Positions 48,414-57,186 are shown, numbered from the stretch's first letter. The stretch: DNA of 64,000 nt from Pseudomonadota bacterium (GCA_043718025.1 JAYSWN010000068.1:11817-75816), one strand, 5' to 3'. Program-made: numbers and translations. The notes: generated from the sequence alone by a model not told the origin.

Positions 48414-50450
48414 ATGACTCTAAAAAAATCCCACCACCGTTGGTTGCCGCTGCTGGTCTTTCTATTTGCTCTTTCCACCTTTTTCTCCGGGCGGCAAGTG
48501 GCGACGGGAGAGCCCGCGGGCGACGAAGACGCTCTTGATCTTGAAGACATTATCAAGCCAAGTCCGCAAAGTCCGGCCACGGCCGTAAAAAATTCAGCCT
48601 CGGCTGACGATGAGTCTTTAAAAGATTTGGAGAAAATGATCGACGTTCAAGAGACCAGCGAAAGTCGAAAAGCCCCTGCGCAGGCCGCTCGCCAAGAACG
48701 TTCACGTCCGGTGGATGACGATTTTGACGACGGCGGCGGCAAAGACCGCGAACCAACTCAAGCCGAATTTCCCACGTCCGAGGAAGAGGGCGGAGCTCCT
48801 CCTACGCAAAGGGTTGCCACCGCCGGTGATCCCTACGTGCGAAACGTAATTAATAATCTAGAATTTCGCCAAGACGGGCAAAAGTCTCGCATCATCGTCA
48901 CTTCACGCTCGCCACTACGCTATCGAGAGGTCAAGAACCCCACGATGAAGCAAGTGATCTACTTCTTCGAAAATACCGAAACCCCCGAGCGATTGCAGAA
49001 GGCTTATGACACTTCCGAGTTCATCAGCCCCGTCGCCCTATTCACCTTGTTGCAAATGCCAAAAGAGACGCCGCCGAACTCCAAACTCATCGTTCAGATG
49101 CGTGAAGACGCTTCGCCCGCGGTAATCACCTCAGAACGTGGTCTCTACATCGAGTTCGGCGCCCCGGCCACTTCGGGGCCCGATGGCACCGGCATCCGTT
49201 TATTGTCGGCCAATAAAGAGCGTTCGGGCAGCGCCGAAGAAAATCTCTATTTGGGCACCCAAACGTATAGCGGGCGGGTGATCAATAAGTTGGAAATTAA
49301 GAATAGCGACATTCAGGACGTGCTGCGTCTCATCGCAAAGACGAGTGGCTACAACATCGTGGTTGGCGATGACGTTACCGGCAAAGTAGGGACAATGAGC
49401 CTGAATAACGTGCCTTGGGATCAAGCCTTTGCGTTAGTTTTGCAGTCAAAAAAGCTTGGCTACATAAAAAACGGCAATGTGATTCGGGTCGCTACCCTAA
49501 ACTCCCTAAAAACCGAAAAAGATGAAGCATTGGCCAGCGAAAATGCCCGTATTAAAGTTGAAACTCTGCGCACCGTGCTAATTCCAATCAGCTATGCCAA
49601 AGCGTCGGAACTGGCGCCACAGGGAAAAAGTTTTCTTACCGAGCGCGGTTCGATCGACTCGGATCCCCGCACCAACACGATCATCGTTAAAGACGTGGAT
49701 CGCGTGGTGACGCGCGTGCAGAAATTATTTGCGGCGTTAGACACTCAACCCCCTCGCGTAGCCATCTCGGCGAAAATTATCGAGATGAAGACCGAGTTCT
49801 CGCGTAGTTTTGGGTTCAATGCGTTGCGCGCGTCTACCGATTTCTCCGGCATTAATTTGTCGGCAAGTCAGAATCTGACGTCGTCGGGCTCCAACGTGTT
49901 CACGCTTCGCGCTCCGCAGTTTGCGAGTTTAGAAACGCAATTCCAAGTGGCCGAATCAGAAAGTAAGGCAAAGACTTTAGCAAATCCGTCGGTCAGCGTC
50001 GTGGCAAACCGGCAAGCGAGCATTTCCCAGAGTTTGTCATTCTTTGTGCAAGATAGCTCGGTGGCCGGTGGCGTCGTCATTCCCACGTCGCGTCAGGTCA
50101 CGACCAACCTTACTATGGATGCCACACCAATCGTCGCCGGCGACGGTTCAATTTTCTTAACGCTTAATCTCAAAAATGAAATTCCTAATTTATCCGGAGC
50201 CTCCACGACCATCGATTCAAGGACGGTGAACACTCAGGTGTTGCTTGAAAATGGAGATACCGCAGTGGTGGGCGGCGTCTTTACTAATAATTTAAATACG
50301 GGCCAAGACGGCATTCCGTTGTTGATGCGAATTCCCGTCTTGGGAAATCTCTTCTCGCGTCATACCCTCATCGATCGTCGCAACGAGATCTTTGTCTTCG
50401 TGACTGCTAAAATTACCAATGCTGAAGAATCTTTTAAACGTAACTTGTAA
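48414..50450 (+). CDS. pilQ: type IV pilus secretin PilQ
   Basis: AMIN-like N-region, N0/N1 (IQDVLRLIAKTSGYNIVV), and a secretin C-domain (DGIPLLMRIPVLGNLF...EIFVFVTAKI). Confidence 0.9.
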   Translation: MTLKKSHHRWLPLLVFLFALSTFFSGRQVATGEPAGDEDALDLEDIIKPSPQSPATAVKNSASADDESLKDLEKMIDVQETSESRKAPAQAARQERSRPVDDDFDDGGGKDREPTQAEFPTSEEEGGAPPTQRVATAGDPYVRNVINNLEFRQDGQKSRIIVTSRSPLRYREVKNPTMKQVIYFFENTETPERLQKAYDTSEFISPVALFTLLQMPKETPPNSKLIVQMREDASPAVITSERGLYIEFGAPATSGPDGTGIRLLSANKERSGSAEENLYLGTQTYSGRVINKLEIKNSDIQDVLRLIAKTSGYNIVVGDDVTGKVGTMSLNNVPWDQAFALVLQSKKLGYIKNGNVIRVATLNSLKTEKDEALASENARIKVETLRTVLIPISYAKASELAPQGKSFLTERGSIDSDPRTNTIIVKDVDRVVTRVQKLFAALDTQPPRVAISAKIIEMKTEFSRSFGFNALRASTDFSGINLSASQNLTSSGSNVFTLRAPQFASLETQFQVAESESKAKTLANPSVSVVANRQASISQSLSFFVQDSSVAGGVVIPTSRQVTTNLTMDATPIVAGDGSIFLTLNLKNEIPNLSGASTTIDSRTVNTQVLLENGDTAVVGGVFTNNLNTGQDGIPLLMRIPVLGNLFSRHTLIDRRNEIFVFVTAKITNAEESFKRNL

Positions 50451-50468
50451 TAATTATTGGGAGCCTTT

Positions 50469-50885
50469 ATGGAAACGCTAGGAATTGTTGTGGTGTGGTC
50501 GCTTGCTATGATCACGTCGCTGCTAGTTTTTCGCGCGGTGACGCATTTCAAACAATTTGCCAAAGAGATGCGCGCCGAGTTCTCCCGACTAGAAGGCCGC
50601 CTAGTTGAAATTGAAGGCCAATCCGAAAGTCTTCGCACCGATGCCGAAATTCAACTCCGCGCGTTGTCTAATATCGCGATGGAAGCCCGTACGGTTCTTG
50701 AAAGAGCTCGGGCGGTGACGCAAATCTCTCCCACCCTTGAAGGGGATCAGCTGCGTCGGCTCTTAGAGGCCAAAAAGCACGAAAATCTGGATCAAAAAAC
50801 CACGCCCGCGTCATCAGAAATGCAGCACGTTGTTAACACTCCTATTGAAGACAGAGCAACGACTGTGCGCGGTCTATTCTCCTAG
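50469..50885 (+). CDS. hypothetical single-pass membrane / coiled-coil protein
   Basis: GGGAG SD 7 nt before ATG 50469. N-terminal TM METLGIVVVWSLAMITSLLVF. Confidence 0.5.
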   Translation: METLGIVVVWSLAMITSLLVFRAVTHFKQFAKEMRAEFSRLEGRLVEIEGQSESLRTDAEIQLRALSNIAMEARTVLERARAVTQISPTLEGDQLRRLLEAKKHENLDQKTTPASSEMQHVVNTPIEDRATTVRGLFS

Positions 50886-50925
50886 CACCCCCCCCACCCG
50901 ATCCCTCCGAAGGCCTGAAAATCGT

Positions 50926-50947
50926 GGCTGAATCAGCCTTTTTTTTT
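50926..50947 (+). terminator. intrinsic terminator after the pil cluster
   Basis: GGCTG-AAT-CAGCC hairpin followed by 9 T. The stem is short. Confidence 0.5.
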
Positions 50948-51001
50948 CAACGCGCCCTTTTAACAAGTTTCGTCATTTTCCTTATCCCAGCCCTAAATAT
51001 C

Positions 51002-51030
51002 TTGACAGAGAGAGTCACTTTTCTAAGAAT
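51002..51030 (+). promoter_or_regulatory. sigma70-like promoter upstream of the phaR-like gene
   Basis: TTGACA (51002-51007), a 17-nt spacer, then AAGAAT (51025-51030). This implies a ~210-nt leader. Confidence 0.4.
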
Positions 51031-51245
51031 CGGGATTCAAATCGACCAGGCATTTGGCTGATGCCTGTGAAGTGGGTTGGGGGGAGTAGAAAAGCCGGGG
51101 TCTTAAAAAGCTCTAAAAACTTTTCTTTCCAAATGCCTTCTTCATTCTGTCTGTGTTCGGTTTAGCCTACGCTCCGGTTCGATTATGGGTTTCGATCCCG
51201 GAATTTAGGGCATTAGGGCAACGTTCAATTAGGTTGGGGGTAATT

Positions 51246-51662
51246 ATGGAGAAGGCAAAAATCATTAAGCGTTATCAAAACAGGAAGCTCTACGATACGG
51301 ATGCGAGCTGTTACGTTACGTTGGATGAAATAGCAGAAATGATTCAGCAGGGCGAAGAAGTGTCGGTGGTGGACAATCGTAATCAGAAAGACATCACGGC
51401 TGCAACTCTGACCCAGATCATTTTTGAGCGTCAGAAACGTTCGGAAAGCCCGGTCCCTCTGTCCACGCTTCGCCACATCATTCAGCAAGGCGATGGTTCC
51501 TTCAGTTCCTACTTGGCGAAAAGCGCCCACGGGGATCAGTTGGAAGTCATCCGCGCTCTGGAAAATCAGGTGAAAGACCTGGCTGGAAAGCTCGATGCGG
51601 TTGAACGGCGTCAGCCGGCAGGCGCAAAAGAAGTTGGCGCTACTAAGTCTGTGGAAATATAA
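51246..51662 (+). CDS. PhaR-like polyhydroxyalkanoate synthesis regulator (DNA-binding domain protein)
   Basis: IKRYQNRKLYDTDASCYVTLDEIAEMIQQGEEVSVVD...ITAATLTQIIFE matches the PHB/PHA accumulation regulator N-terminal domain. ATG 51246 is preferred over GTG 51153. Confidence 0.78.
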   Translation: MEKAKIIKRYQNRKLYDTDASCYVTLDEIAEMIQQGEEVSVVDNRNQKDITAATLTQIIFERQKRSESPVPLSTLRHIIQQGDGSFSSYLAKSAHGDQLEVIRALENQVKDLAGKLDAVERRQPAGAKEVGATKSVEI

Positions 51663-51952
51663 GATAATTTCAAGTTAAAAATTGCGATACTCTTTGGTTT
51701 GGGGCTTGGCCTGGTGAGGGGAATTTGCCATAATACTGGTACGGTTCCCCTGTGCGGTTGGTGAGTTTTAAAAGTATTCTCTAACCTACAAGTATCTTAA
51801 CCAGGGGCTCTTACTTGCTGCGGTGTGCATGCCTAAGAAATTGAGGAAGCCTAAAGTAGCAACAGAGCTTCCACCTAATTTAATTTAGGGTTAGGAATCT
51901 TCATTACCACGGCCATTACGGGGGAACCTTTTTTCCCTGCCCCAGCCAAAGG

Positions 51953-52513
51953 GTGTCAGTTTTTTTAGTCTCACTTTTTGCTGGCGGTTGTACCTCTATG
52001 GAAATCAGTGTTCATTCGCTTCGCTGGGTAGAACGTCTTGCTGAACAAGAAAGTGGTGTTCAGGCTGGAGAGCGATCCCAGGTTGATCTCTATCAGGTGC
52101 GCGAAGACGTTCTACAGCTCGAGAGCTCCCAATTTTTGAAAGAACTTCGTACGACGCTCGAGACCCTATCGACCCTGTTCAATCAGCAGATGGCCGCTGA
52201 CGAAACCAAGATTCAGCTTCAATCCTTATCCGAATCCCGCGATGGTTTTTACCTTTCCCGTCTAAATATCCGCATTCAGATTGAGTCAGCGCGGCCCGGG
52301 GTGATTCAGGTTCAGACTAAACGCATTGCGGTTGAGAACCCCATTCACCTTTCCACCGCAACTTTAGAAGCTAATTTTGGGGCTTTTGATGAGGTGACTT
52401 GGCTGTTTCTGGGAGAAAAAATTAACTCAGAGCAGGTGGCTCGCCATTTCTTAACTGAATTGGTCCAAAACACGATGCGGACCTCGCGTCCTTCAGCTCC
52501 TGCACAAAATTAG
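51953..52513 (+). CDS. hypothetical protein
   Basis: 186-aa ORF with a GTG start, or ATG 51998 as an alternative. I recognise no motif. Confidence 0.4.
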   Translation: MSVFLVSLFAGGCTSMEISVHSLRWVERLAEQESGVQAGERSQVDLYQVREDVLQLESSQFLKELRTTLETLSTLFNQQMAADETKIQLQSLSESRDGFYLSRLNIRIQIESARPGVIQVQTKRIAVENPIHLSTATLEANFGAFDEVTWLFLGEKINSEQVARHFLTELVQNTMRTSRPSAPAQN

Positions 52514-52563
52514 TGGGGGCTGCTTTCCAGAACCCATTTCTGGGTTCCTAACCCTAGTTCTGA

Positions 52564-53016
52564 CTAATAATTTTCTACTTCAATCAGCTCTTCATCTTCA
52601 CGAAGGCGGTAGACCAGAGCCGTTTCGATGGTCTTTGGCTTGAACGCCTTTTTTAATTCTTTGTAGATCAAATCCGGATCAAAATCTTTGCAGCTGTAGC
52701 AATCGAAGGTGAAAAACGGCTTAAAGATTCGCCGTTGAACGCCGCGTGGCTTTGGCTTTCCATCTTTTTGCCCGTGCGGGAAAGTGTGGATGGAAATGTG
52801 CGAGGTGGCGATAATCGTCGTGCCGGTGATGCCGATATCTGGGTGGTCTTCGGGGCGTACTTTGTAGACAATGGGCAATCCCATGCGCTGCATTCCAATT
52901 ACGTCTGGCAAACGTTTCAAGAAAGAATAAACCGCATCGAACGACATGAGCGCGCGCTTATCGCAATCAAATCCAGAACACATTAAGTGGGGCCAACCGC
53001 GGTAATCCTTTTCCAT
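52564..53016 (-). CDS. S-adenosylmethionine decarboxylase-like proenzyme (class 1, pyruvoyl type)
   Basis: TTIIATSHISIHTFPH matches the processing-site motif (E/T)SH(I/V)SIHT(W/F)P. AAGGAG lies upstream of ATG 53016. Confidence 0.7.
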   Translation of the reverse strand: MEKDYRGWPHLMCSGFDCDKRALMSFDAVYSFLKRLPDVIGMQRMGLPIVYKVRPEDHPDIGITGTTIIATSHISIHTFPHGQKDGKPKPRGVQRRIFKPFFTFDCYSCKDFDPDLIYKELKKAFKPKTIETALVYRLREDEELIEVENY

Positions 53017-53182
53017 CGTGCGCTGTTCTCCTTGAAATGAACAATTGCATGTACCGAACATTATTCAAAAGATCCAATTAAATCTTCGGCATTCCTCTCT
53101 CTCCGTGGCTGGAAATCCACGTCGGGAGTCCGATTTTTGGAGCAAGCAATGTATTTCCGCGCTTTCCCCAGGCTGACCAGTC

Positions 53183-53197
53183 GGCACGAGTCTCGCA
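53183..53197 (+). promoter_or_regulatory. sigma54-type -24/-12 element match upstream of the flp-like pilin
   Basis: cGGCACGagtcTCGCA versus the TGGCACG-N4-TTGCA consensus, with GG-N10-GC spacing. It lies only ~12 nt from ATG 53210, which is problematic for a leader or SD. Confidence 0.3.
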
Positions 53198-53209
53198 CTT
53201 GAGCATCGT

Positions 53210-53494
53210 ATGAAAAAAATTCAAAGCCAGGTCATTAAAAAAAACCGAAAGCTCAGGCGAAAAAGCAGTCGGGGGCAGGGGTTGATGGAGTACCTAATTC
53301 TCGTCTGCCTCATCGCCGTTGCCGCAATTACGGTGGTAAGTACGGTGGGCAAAAACCTAACCGAGCAGTACGCCAACATTTCAAATGCTCTTCAAAATAA
53401 GAAAGCCATCAAACTTACGCCCGTCGATAAGAAGGCCTACGAAGCTCGGGGGATGGATAGTTTCATGGAGGGGGCTCAGACCAGTGGGCAATAG
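53210..53494 (+). CDS. flp: Flp-family type IVb prepilin
   Basis: A basic leader ends in RG, then QGLMEYLILVCLIAVAAITVV. This is the Flp G/xxxxEY motif plus a hydrophobic helix. Confidence 0.68.
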   Translation: MKKIQSQVIKKNRKLRRKSSRGQGLMEYLILVCLIAVAAITVVSTVGKNLTEQYANISNALQNKKAIKLTPVDKKAYEARGMDSFMEGAQTSGQ

Positions 53495-53894
53495 GTCACG
53501 TCGCCGTGGGCAACGGGGACAAGTGTTCGTCGAGTTAATCTTCGCCTTGCCTTTCCTACTCTACCTTTCCGGTCTTGCCCTGGATCTGGTTCGTTGCGCC
53601 GAATACCACATGGTTTTTCATCACGTTGCCTGTTCGACGGTAAGACGCCAGTCCTTGGGAATAGCGGGCGGCGGCGAGAGGGAGGTACGCCTGGGGTTAG
53701 CCCGGTTTTTTGGTCCAGGCTTTCCCCGCGCTGGCCGATTCGAGGTTGAACATACTTGGAGCTCCTCAGGTCGCGGGCGGATGCGTACGGTGGGCCTGCA
53801 TTACCGTTACCCCCAATTCTTTCGGTTTCCACTGGGTGAACAAACTAAGCACCATATGGAGGTAAGCGCCCAGTGCTCTTTTCCTATTGGATAA
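53484..53894 (+). CDS. TadE-like pseudopilin
   Basis: GTG 53484 with GGAGGGGG upstream. RRGQRG/QVFVELIFALPFLLYL is the TadE-type N-terminal motif. Confidence 0.5.
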   Translation: MGNRSRRRGQRGQVFVELIFALPFLLYLSGLALDLVRCAEYHMVFHHVACSTVRRQSLGIAGGGEREVRLGLARFFGPGFPRAGRFEVEHTWSSSGRGRMRTVGLHYRYPQFFRFPLGEQTKHHMEVSAQCSFPIG

Positions 53895-54448
53895 CCCTGT
53901 TTTTGCCGGTATTTGCCTTTCCTCTGATTTCTCACCGTCACCACGCTGAAATTTTTGCGATTGAGCGCAATGGGATTGCCGCCGACAACGCGGGAATACG
54001 TTTGGGCGAGGGAGAAGTGGCGTGGCTTAACTACCTCGACGAGCAGAATGAAAAATTAAAAAAGTGGGAATTGGCTCACCATCCGGTTCACGCCTGTCAG
54101 TTAATTCCCGTAATCGGAGCGAAGTGCCGGGCCGCAGACCAGCTGTGGGAGGGCGCAATTCGTATCCAACACGCGCGGGTGGGGCTTGAGCTTCAGGCAC
54201 GCTGGCGGCGCGCCCACACTGCAGCGGCGCTTGAAATTGCCCGGGTTGGCGGGGTGGGGGTTTCTATTCAGCGCTTACCGTTTGCACCAGTACGGTCGAG
54301 TCAATGTCCGGTGTGCCGACTTTCAGTCAGCTGGGTCTTGGTCAAACCACCGCCCTCGGTGGTTTCTGTGCTCAACAATCAACTGCAGACGGTGAACGTC
54401 ATGATAACTCCTCGTCAAGGGCAGAGGTACGAATATGAGTTCCGCTAA
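53873..54448 (+). CDS. hypothetical membrane-anchored protein in the Tad-like operon
   Basis: N-terminal TM. It overlaps the neighbouring ORFs on both sides (22 nt and 14 nt). Confidence 0.42.
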   Translation: MLFSYWITLFLPVFAFPLISHRHHAEIFAIERNGIAADNAGIRLGEGEVAWLNYLDEQNEKLKKWELAHHPVHACQLIPVIGAKCRAADQLWEGAIRIQHARVGLELQARWRRAHTAAALEIARVGGVGVSIQRLPFAPVRSSQCPVCRLSVSWVLVKPPPSVVSVLNNQLQTVNVMITPRQGQRYEYEFR

Positions 54449-54617
54449 AAAACGTGAGCTCCAGGCGGGAGTCGTTTTTTGGGAGTTACTGGTGTGGACC
54501 GGTTTAATTGCGATGAGCGTATTTGGGTTCCAGACCAAGCTCTCTTCTTACTGGCGTGAAAAATTGAACGACCTGCAGAAATTAAGAATTCCGTACACGG
54601 GGAGGGCCCTAAAGTGA
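54435..54617 (+). CDS. small prepilin-like protein (60 aa)
   Basis: LQAG/VVFWELLVWTGLIAMSVF has Gly followed by Glu at +5 and a hydrophobic helix. GTGA overlap with cpaB. Confidence 0.4.
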   Translation: MSSAKKRELQAGVVFWELLVWTGLIAMSVFGFQTKLSSYWREKLNDLQKLRIPYTGRALK

Positions 54618-55318
54618 CGTCGCTTGCCTCGCTGATTCCCTACTTTTCTGGTTTGGTCAGAAACCGCCGCCTCGTTTGGGGGGCTGCGTTTACCCTGATT
54701 TTTGCCGGAGTCTTCTTTTCGCTAAGGGCTGAAAAAGAGCATGGGCTGTCGCGTCGTTTATTGATTGCCGATCGCGATGTTCCTGCCGGAAGTCCGGTCA
54801 CCTCATTTTTCTTTGGGATGATGAGGGAGGTTGTCAGCGGCGAACCAACTCCCTCTGACGCTGTGTCCGACCAAGAGCTGCACTTATTAAAGGGAACTTT
54901 GGTAAACTTGCCGATACGACGCGGGGAAATTTTGAGACGAAGTCATTTGAAGCTCGCCGATCCTCCTAAACGGATGTCTGAACAGATTCCCTTGGGAAGC
55001 CGAGCTTATCTTCTAGAAGTGCATTCAGGTATCACCTCGGTAAAACCTGGCGATAAGGTCGATGTTCTAGTGTCGTCCGCATCGTCGGCAAGGCTGACCG
55101 TCGTGGAAAATATAGTGGTACTTGAAGTTCATGGTGATCGTGATCTTACGCTGGCGGTAACGGTGGCCGAGATGGAGAATCTGGAATTGGCTCGTGGCCA
55201 AGGCACTTTTGGAGTAGTTCTGCGCAACCCAAAGGATTCGAGAAAAGGGAGCGGACGATTTCAAAGGGTGATACCGGGGAAACCATCGATACCAGTTTTT
55301 TACGAAGGGAGATTGTAA
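54614..55318 (+). CDS. cpaB: Flp pilus assembly protein CpaB/RcpC
   Basis: N-terminal TM, then a SAF-like LLIADRDVPAGSPVT and a beta-clip C-domain. Confidence 0.7.
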   Translation: MTSLASLIPYFSGLVRNRRLVWGAAFTLIFAGVFFSLRAEKEHGLSRRLLIADRDVPAGSPVTSFFFGMMREVVSGEPTPSDAVSDQELHLLKGTLVNLPIRRGEILRRSHLKLADPPKRMSEQIPLGSRAYLLEVHSGITSVKPGDKVDVLVSSASSARLTVVENIVVLEVHGDRDLTLAVTVAEMENLELARGQGTFGVVLRNPKDSRKGSGRFQRVIPGKPSIPVFYEGRL

Positions 55319-56571
55319 TGGCGAGGCAATTTATAGTGATGGTTCTTGCGGCGTTAATGACACTGCCTAGCCAGGCAAGCATTGTCCCTCGTGATCGGCC
55401 GCTTCGTTTGGGAGTGATTCGGTTCGAAGAGCGCGATGATCGGACCGGAAGCGAAAAAAGTGCGGCCGGTGATCGTCGATTGAGCCGGTGGCTAGAAAAC
55501 CTTCGCGACATCTCAATCGAAGCAGAAAGCCTGCCTCCCGTGCAAAAGGGGATAGCGGCGCTCTCGGCGGTGCCGTGCCATAGTATTCAGAGCACGCTTT
55601 CCCGATGTCAGGTGGCGATGGCGGTTTCAGCTGAACCCCATTCATGGAAGAGAGCTTGTACCGGCCTTTTGACCGCCGCCAACCGTCTGGCCGAACAGGG
55701 GGTGTGCGGTTCTGAAGTACAAAAGGCTTGGGTTTTAGAAAGCATTTTGGCCGGAACCGAGGAACAGTTCGTTCGCCAGAGCACTCTGATTCAAAAAGCC
55801 GTATTGCATCACCCTAGCGGGTTTCTCACATCACCGTTTGAGTGGGAGAAGGAGCCTCAGGGGTTTGAAGCGGCTAAGTTTTGGGGCGAGGTTAAAAAAA
55901 CTAAAGAAGGGTTAATTCGTGATTGCCGCGTGGACGTTAAAGACGCAGAGGCCTACGACGCTTTTTTTGTAAATGGCTTTGTCATGGAGCCCACTTCCCG
56001 CCTACAGCTGCACCGACAAGGAAAATGGATCATTCAAGCGAAAAAAGGCGAAACCGTTTTCAGGGGCATGGCGAGTTGTCGTTCGGCACAGGCTTTTCAG
56101 AATAGTTTGGACCTCAAGCAAGAGGATCGTCAGTGGTCGATTAAATCGCAGCTCTCGCAGGTGGTCGAAGCACGAAATTTAGATTCTTTGTTAGTGGTTC
56201 AGCCCGTTCGTGAACAAATTCGCCTTTTCTTATTTCAGAGCCAAGACTCCCGTCTTTTGGAAGTGCCGCTTGAAAAGCCAATACTACTCAAAGATTGGGA
56301 GGCCCAGCGCACCGAGCTTACTCTGCCGATTGCGCAGGAAAAATTGGTGGCTTTACTCAACATTGGATTGCTCGACGCGTCACTTGCGGAGGAGCCACCG
56401 CTGCCCAACTCGCTCAATACCCAGATTGGTGCAGCTAATAAGCAGTGGTACAATAATAGTACCTTCTGGTGGGTTACTGCGGGTCTTGCGGCTGGCGTGG
56501 CAACCATCTTTCTACTTACACAAAATGGCCAAGTCAGACCAAACCCATCAGTACGCATCGAATTACCCTAA
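55318..56571 (+). CDS. hypothetical secreted protein with C-terminal TM anchor
   Basis: TAATG overlap with cpaB. Signal peptide MARQFIVMVLAALMTLPSQAS. C-terminal TM FWWVTAGLAAGVATIFLL. It occupies the slot where a secretin is expected but is not secretin-like. Confidence 0.55.
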   Translation: MARQFIVMVLAALMTLPSQASIVPRDRPLRLGVIRFEERDDRTGSEKSAAGDRRLSRWLENLRDISIEAESLPPVQKGIAALSAVPCHSIQSTLSRCQVAMAVSAEPHSWKRACTGLLTAANRLAEQGVCGSEVQKAWVLESILAGTEEQFVRQSTLIQKAVLHHPSGFLTSPFEWEKEPQGFEAAKFWGEVKKTKEGLIRDCRVDVKDAEAYDAFFVNGFVMEPTSRLQLHRQGKWIIQAKKGETVFRGMASCRSAQAFQNSLDLKQEDRQWSIKSQLSQVVEARNLDSLLVVQPVREQIRLFLFQSQDSRLLEVPLEKPILLKDWEAQRTELTLPIAQEKLVALLNIGLLDASLAEEPPLPNSLNTQIGAANKQWYNNSTFWWVTAGLAAGVATIFLLTQNGQVRPNPSVRIELP

Positions 56572-56851
56572 AGCGACCACCTCTGCCCGCAGCGATAAGT
56601 TTCTGGTTGAATGGGTTAAAGGAATAAGCCACAAACATTTGTTTTTCGGCGTCTGGGCCTTGATCGTAATGCTGTTTGTTGGCTTGATGTCGGGTTACTA
56701 CCGACGGGTAACGAGAAGAAATTTTAGAAATGATGGTGGCGGTTTACCGCCAGTATTCACCAAGCGAAATCCAAATCCGTTGCCGGGCTCCCGATCGGGT
56801 GCTGCGGTCACCGTGAACTCGAAAGAAAAGGGCACTAAGACGGGCTCTTAG
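56525..56851 (+). CDS. possible small membrane protein (108 aa)
   Basis: ATG 56525 lies within the longer 213-aa ORF. One TM (LFFGVWALIVMLFVGLMSGY). No clear SD, and it overlaps the upstream gene by 47 nt. Confidence 0.3.
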   Translation: MAKSDQTHQYASNYPKATTSARSDKFLVEWVKGISHKHLFFGVWALIVMLFVGLMSGYYRRVTRRNFRNDGGGLPPVFTKRNPNPLPGSRSGAAVTVNSKEKGTKTGS

Positions 56852-56859
56852 CTAAGCAC

Positions 56860-57186
56860 TTAGTACTCTTCGTCTTCTTTATCCGTTACCACTTCGATGT
56901 CTTCGGTTTCATCCTCATCAGCTAAATCATCCACGCTTTCAAATTCCGACCCAGAATCTCCAGATTCGTCGTTTTGAATCATGGCCTGCGCTGGCTCTTG
57001 GCGTTCTTTCTTTTCGGGCTTGGCTACAATCTTCACCGGCGGCAAGCTGCCGTCGAATTCAACGTGGCATTTTGGGCAGGTAAGCTCTTTCTTATTGAAA
57101 TCGTAGAACTTTGCCGCGCATTTGGGGCAGGTTCGTTTAGTTCCTAAATTGTTTTCGGTGGCCACTTTTGCCGTATTTTTTTTCAT
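56860..57186 (-). CDS. FYDLN_acid-family zinc-ribbon protein (TIGR02300-like)
   Basis: CPKCAAKFYDFNKKELTCPKCHVEF followed by a strongly acidic tail. Confidence 0.8.
   Translation of the reverse strand: MKKNTAKVATENNLGTKRTCPKCAAKFYDFNKKELTCPKCHVEFDGSLPPVKIVAKPEKKERQEPAQAMIQNDESGDSGSEFESVDDLADEDETEDIEVVTDKEDEEY

Noticed and set aside
51173-51202. GGTTCGAT / GGTTTCGATCCC segments resembling tRNA T-arm sequences.
   Set aside because: No acceptor, D or anticodon stems can be drawn around them. The T-stem pairing is incomplete. They are treated as direct repeats in the phaR leader instead.
56210-56524. Upstream part of the 213-aa ORF overlapping the 417-aa gene in another frame.
   Set aside because: It is fully embedded in the longer ORF, which has a signal peptide and operon-style coupling. 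Only the distal part from ATG 56525 is kept, at low confidence.
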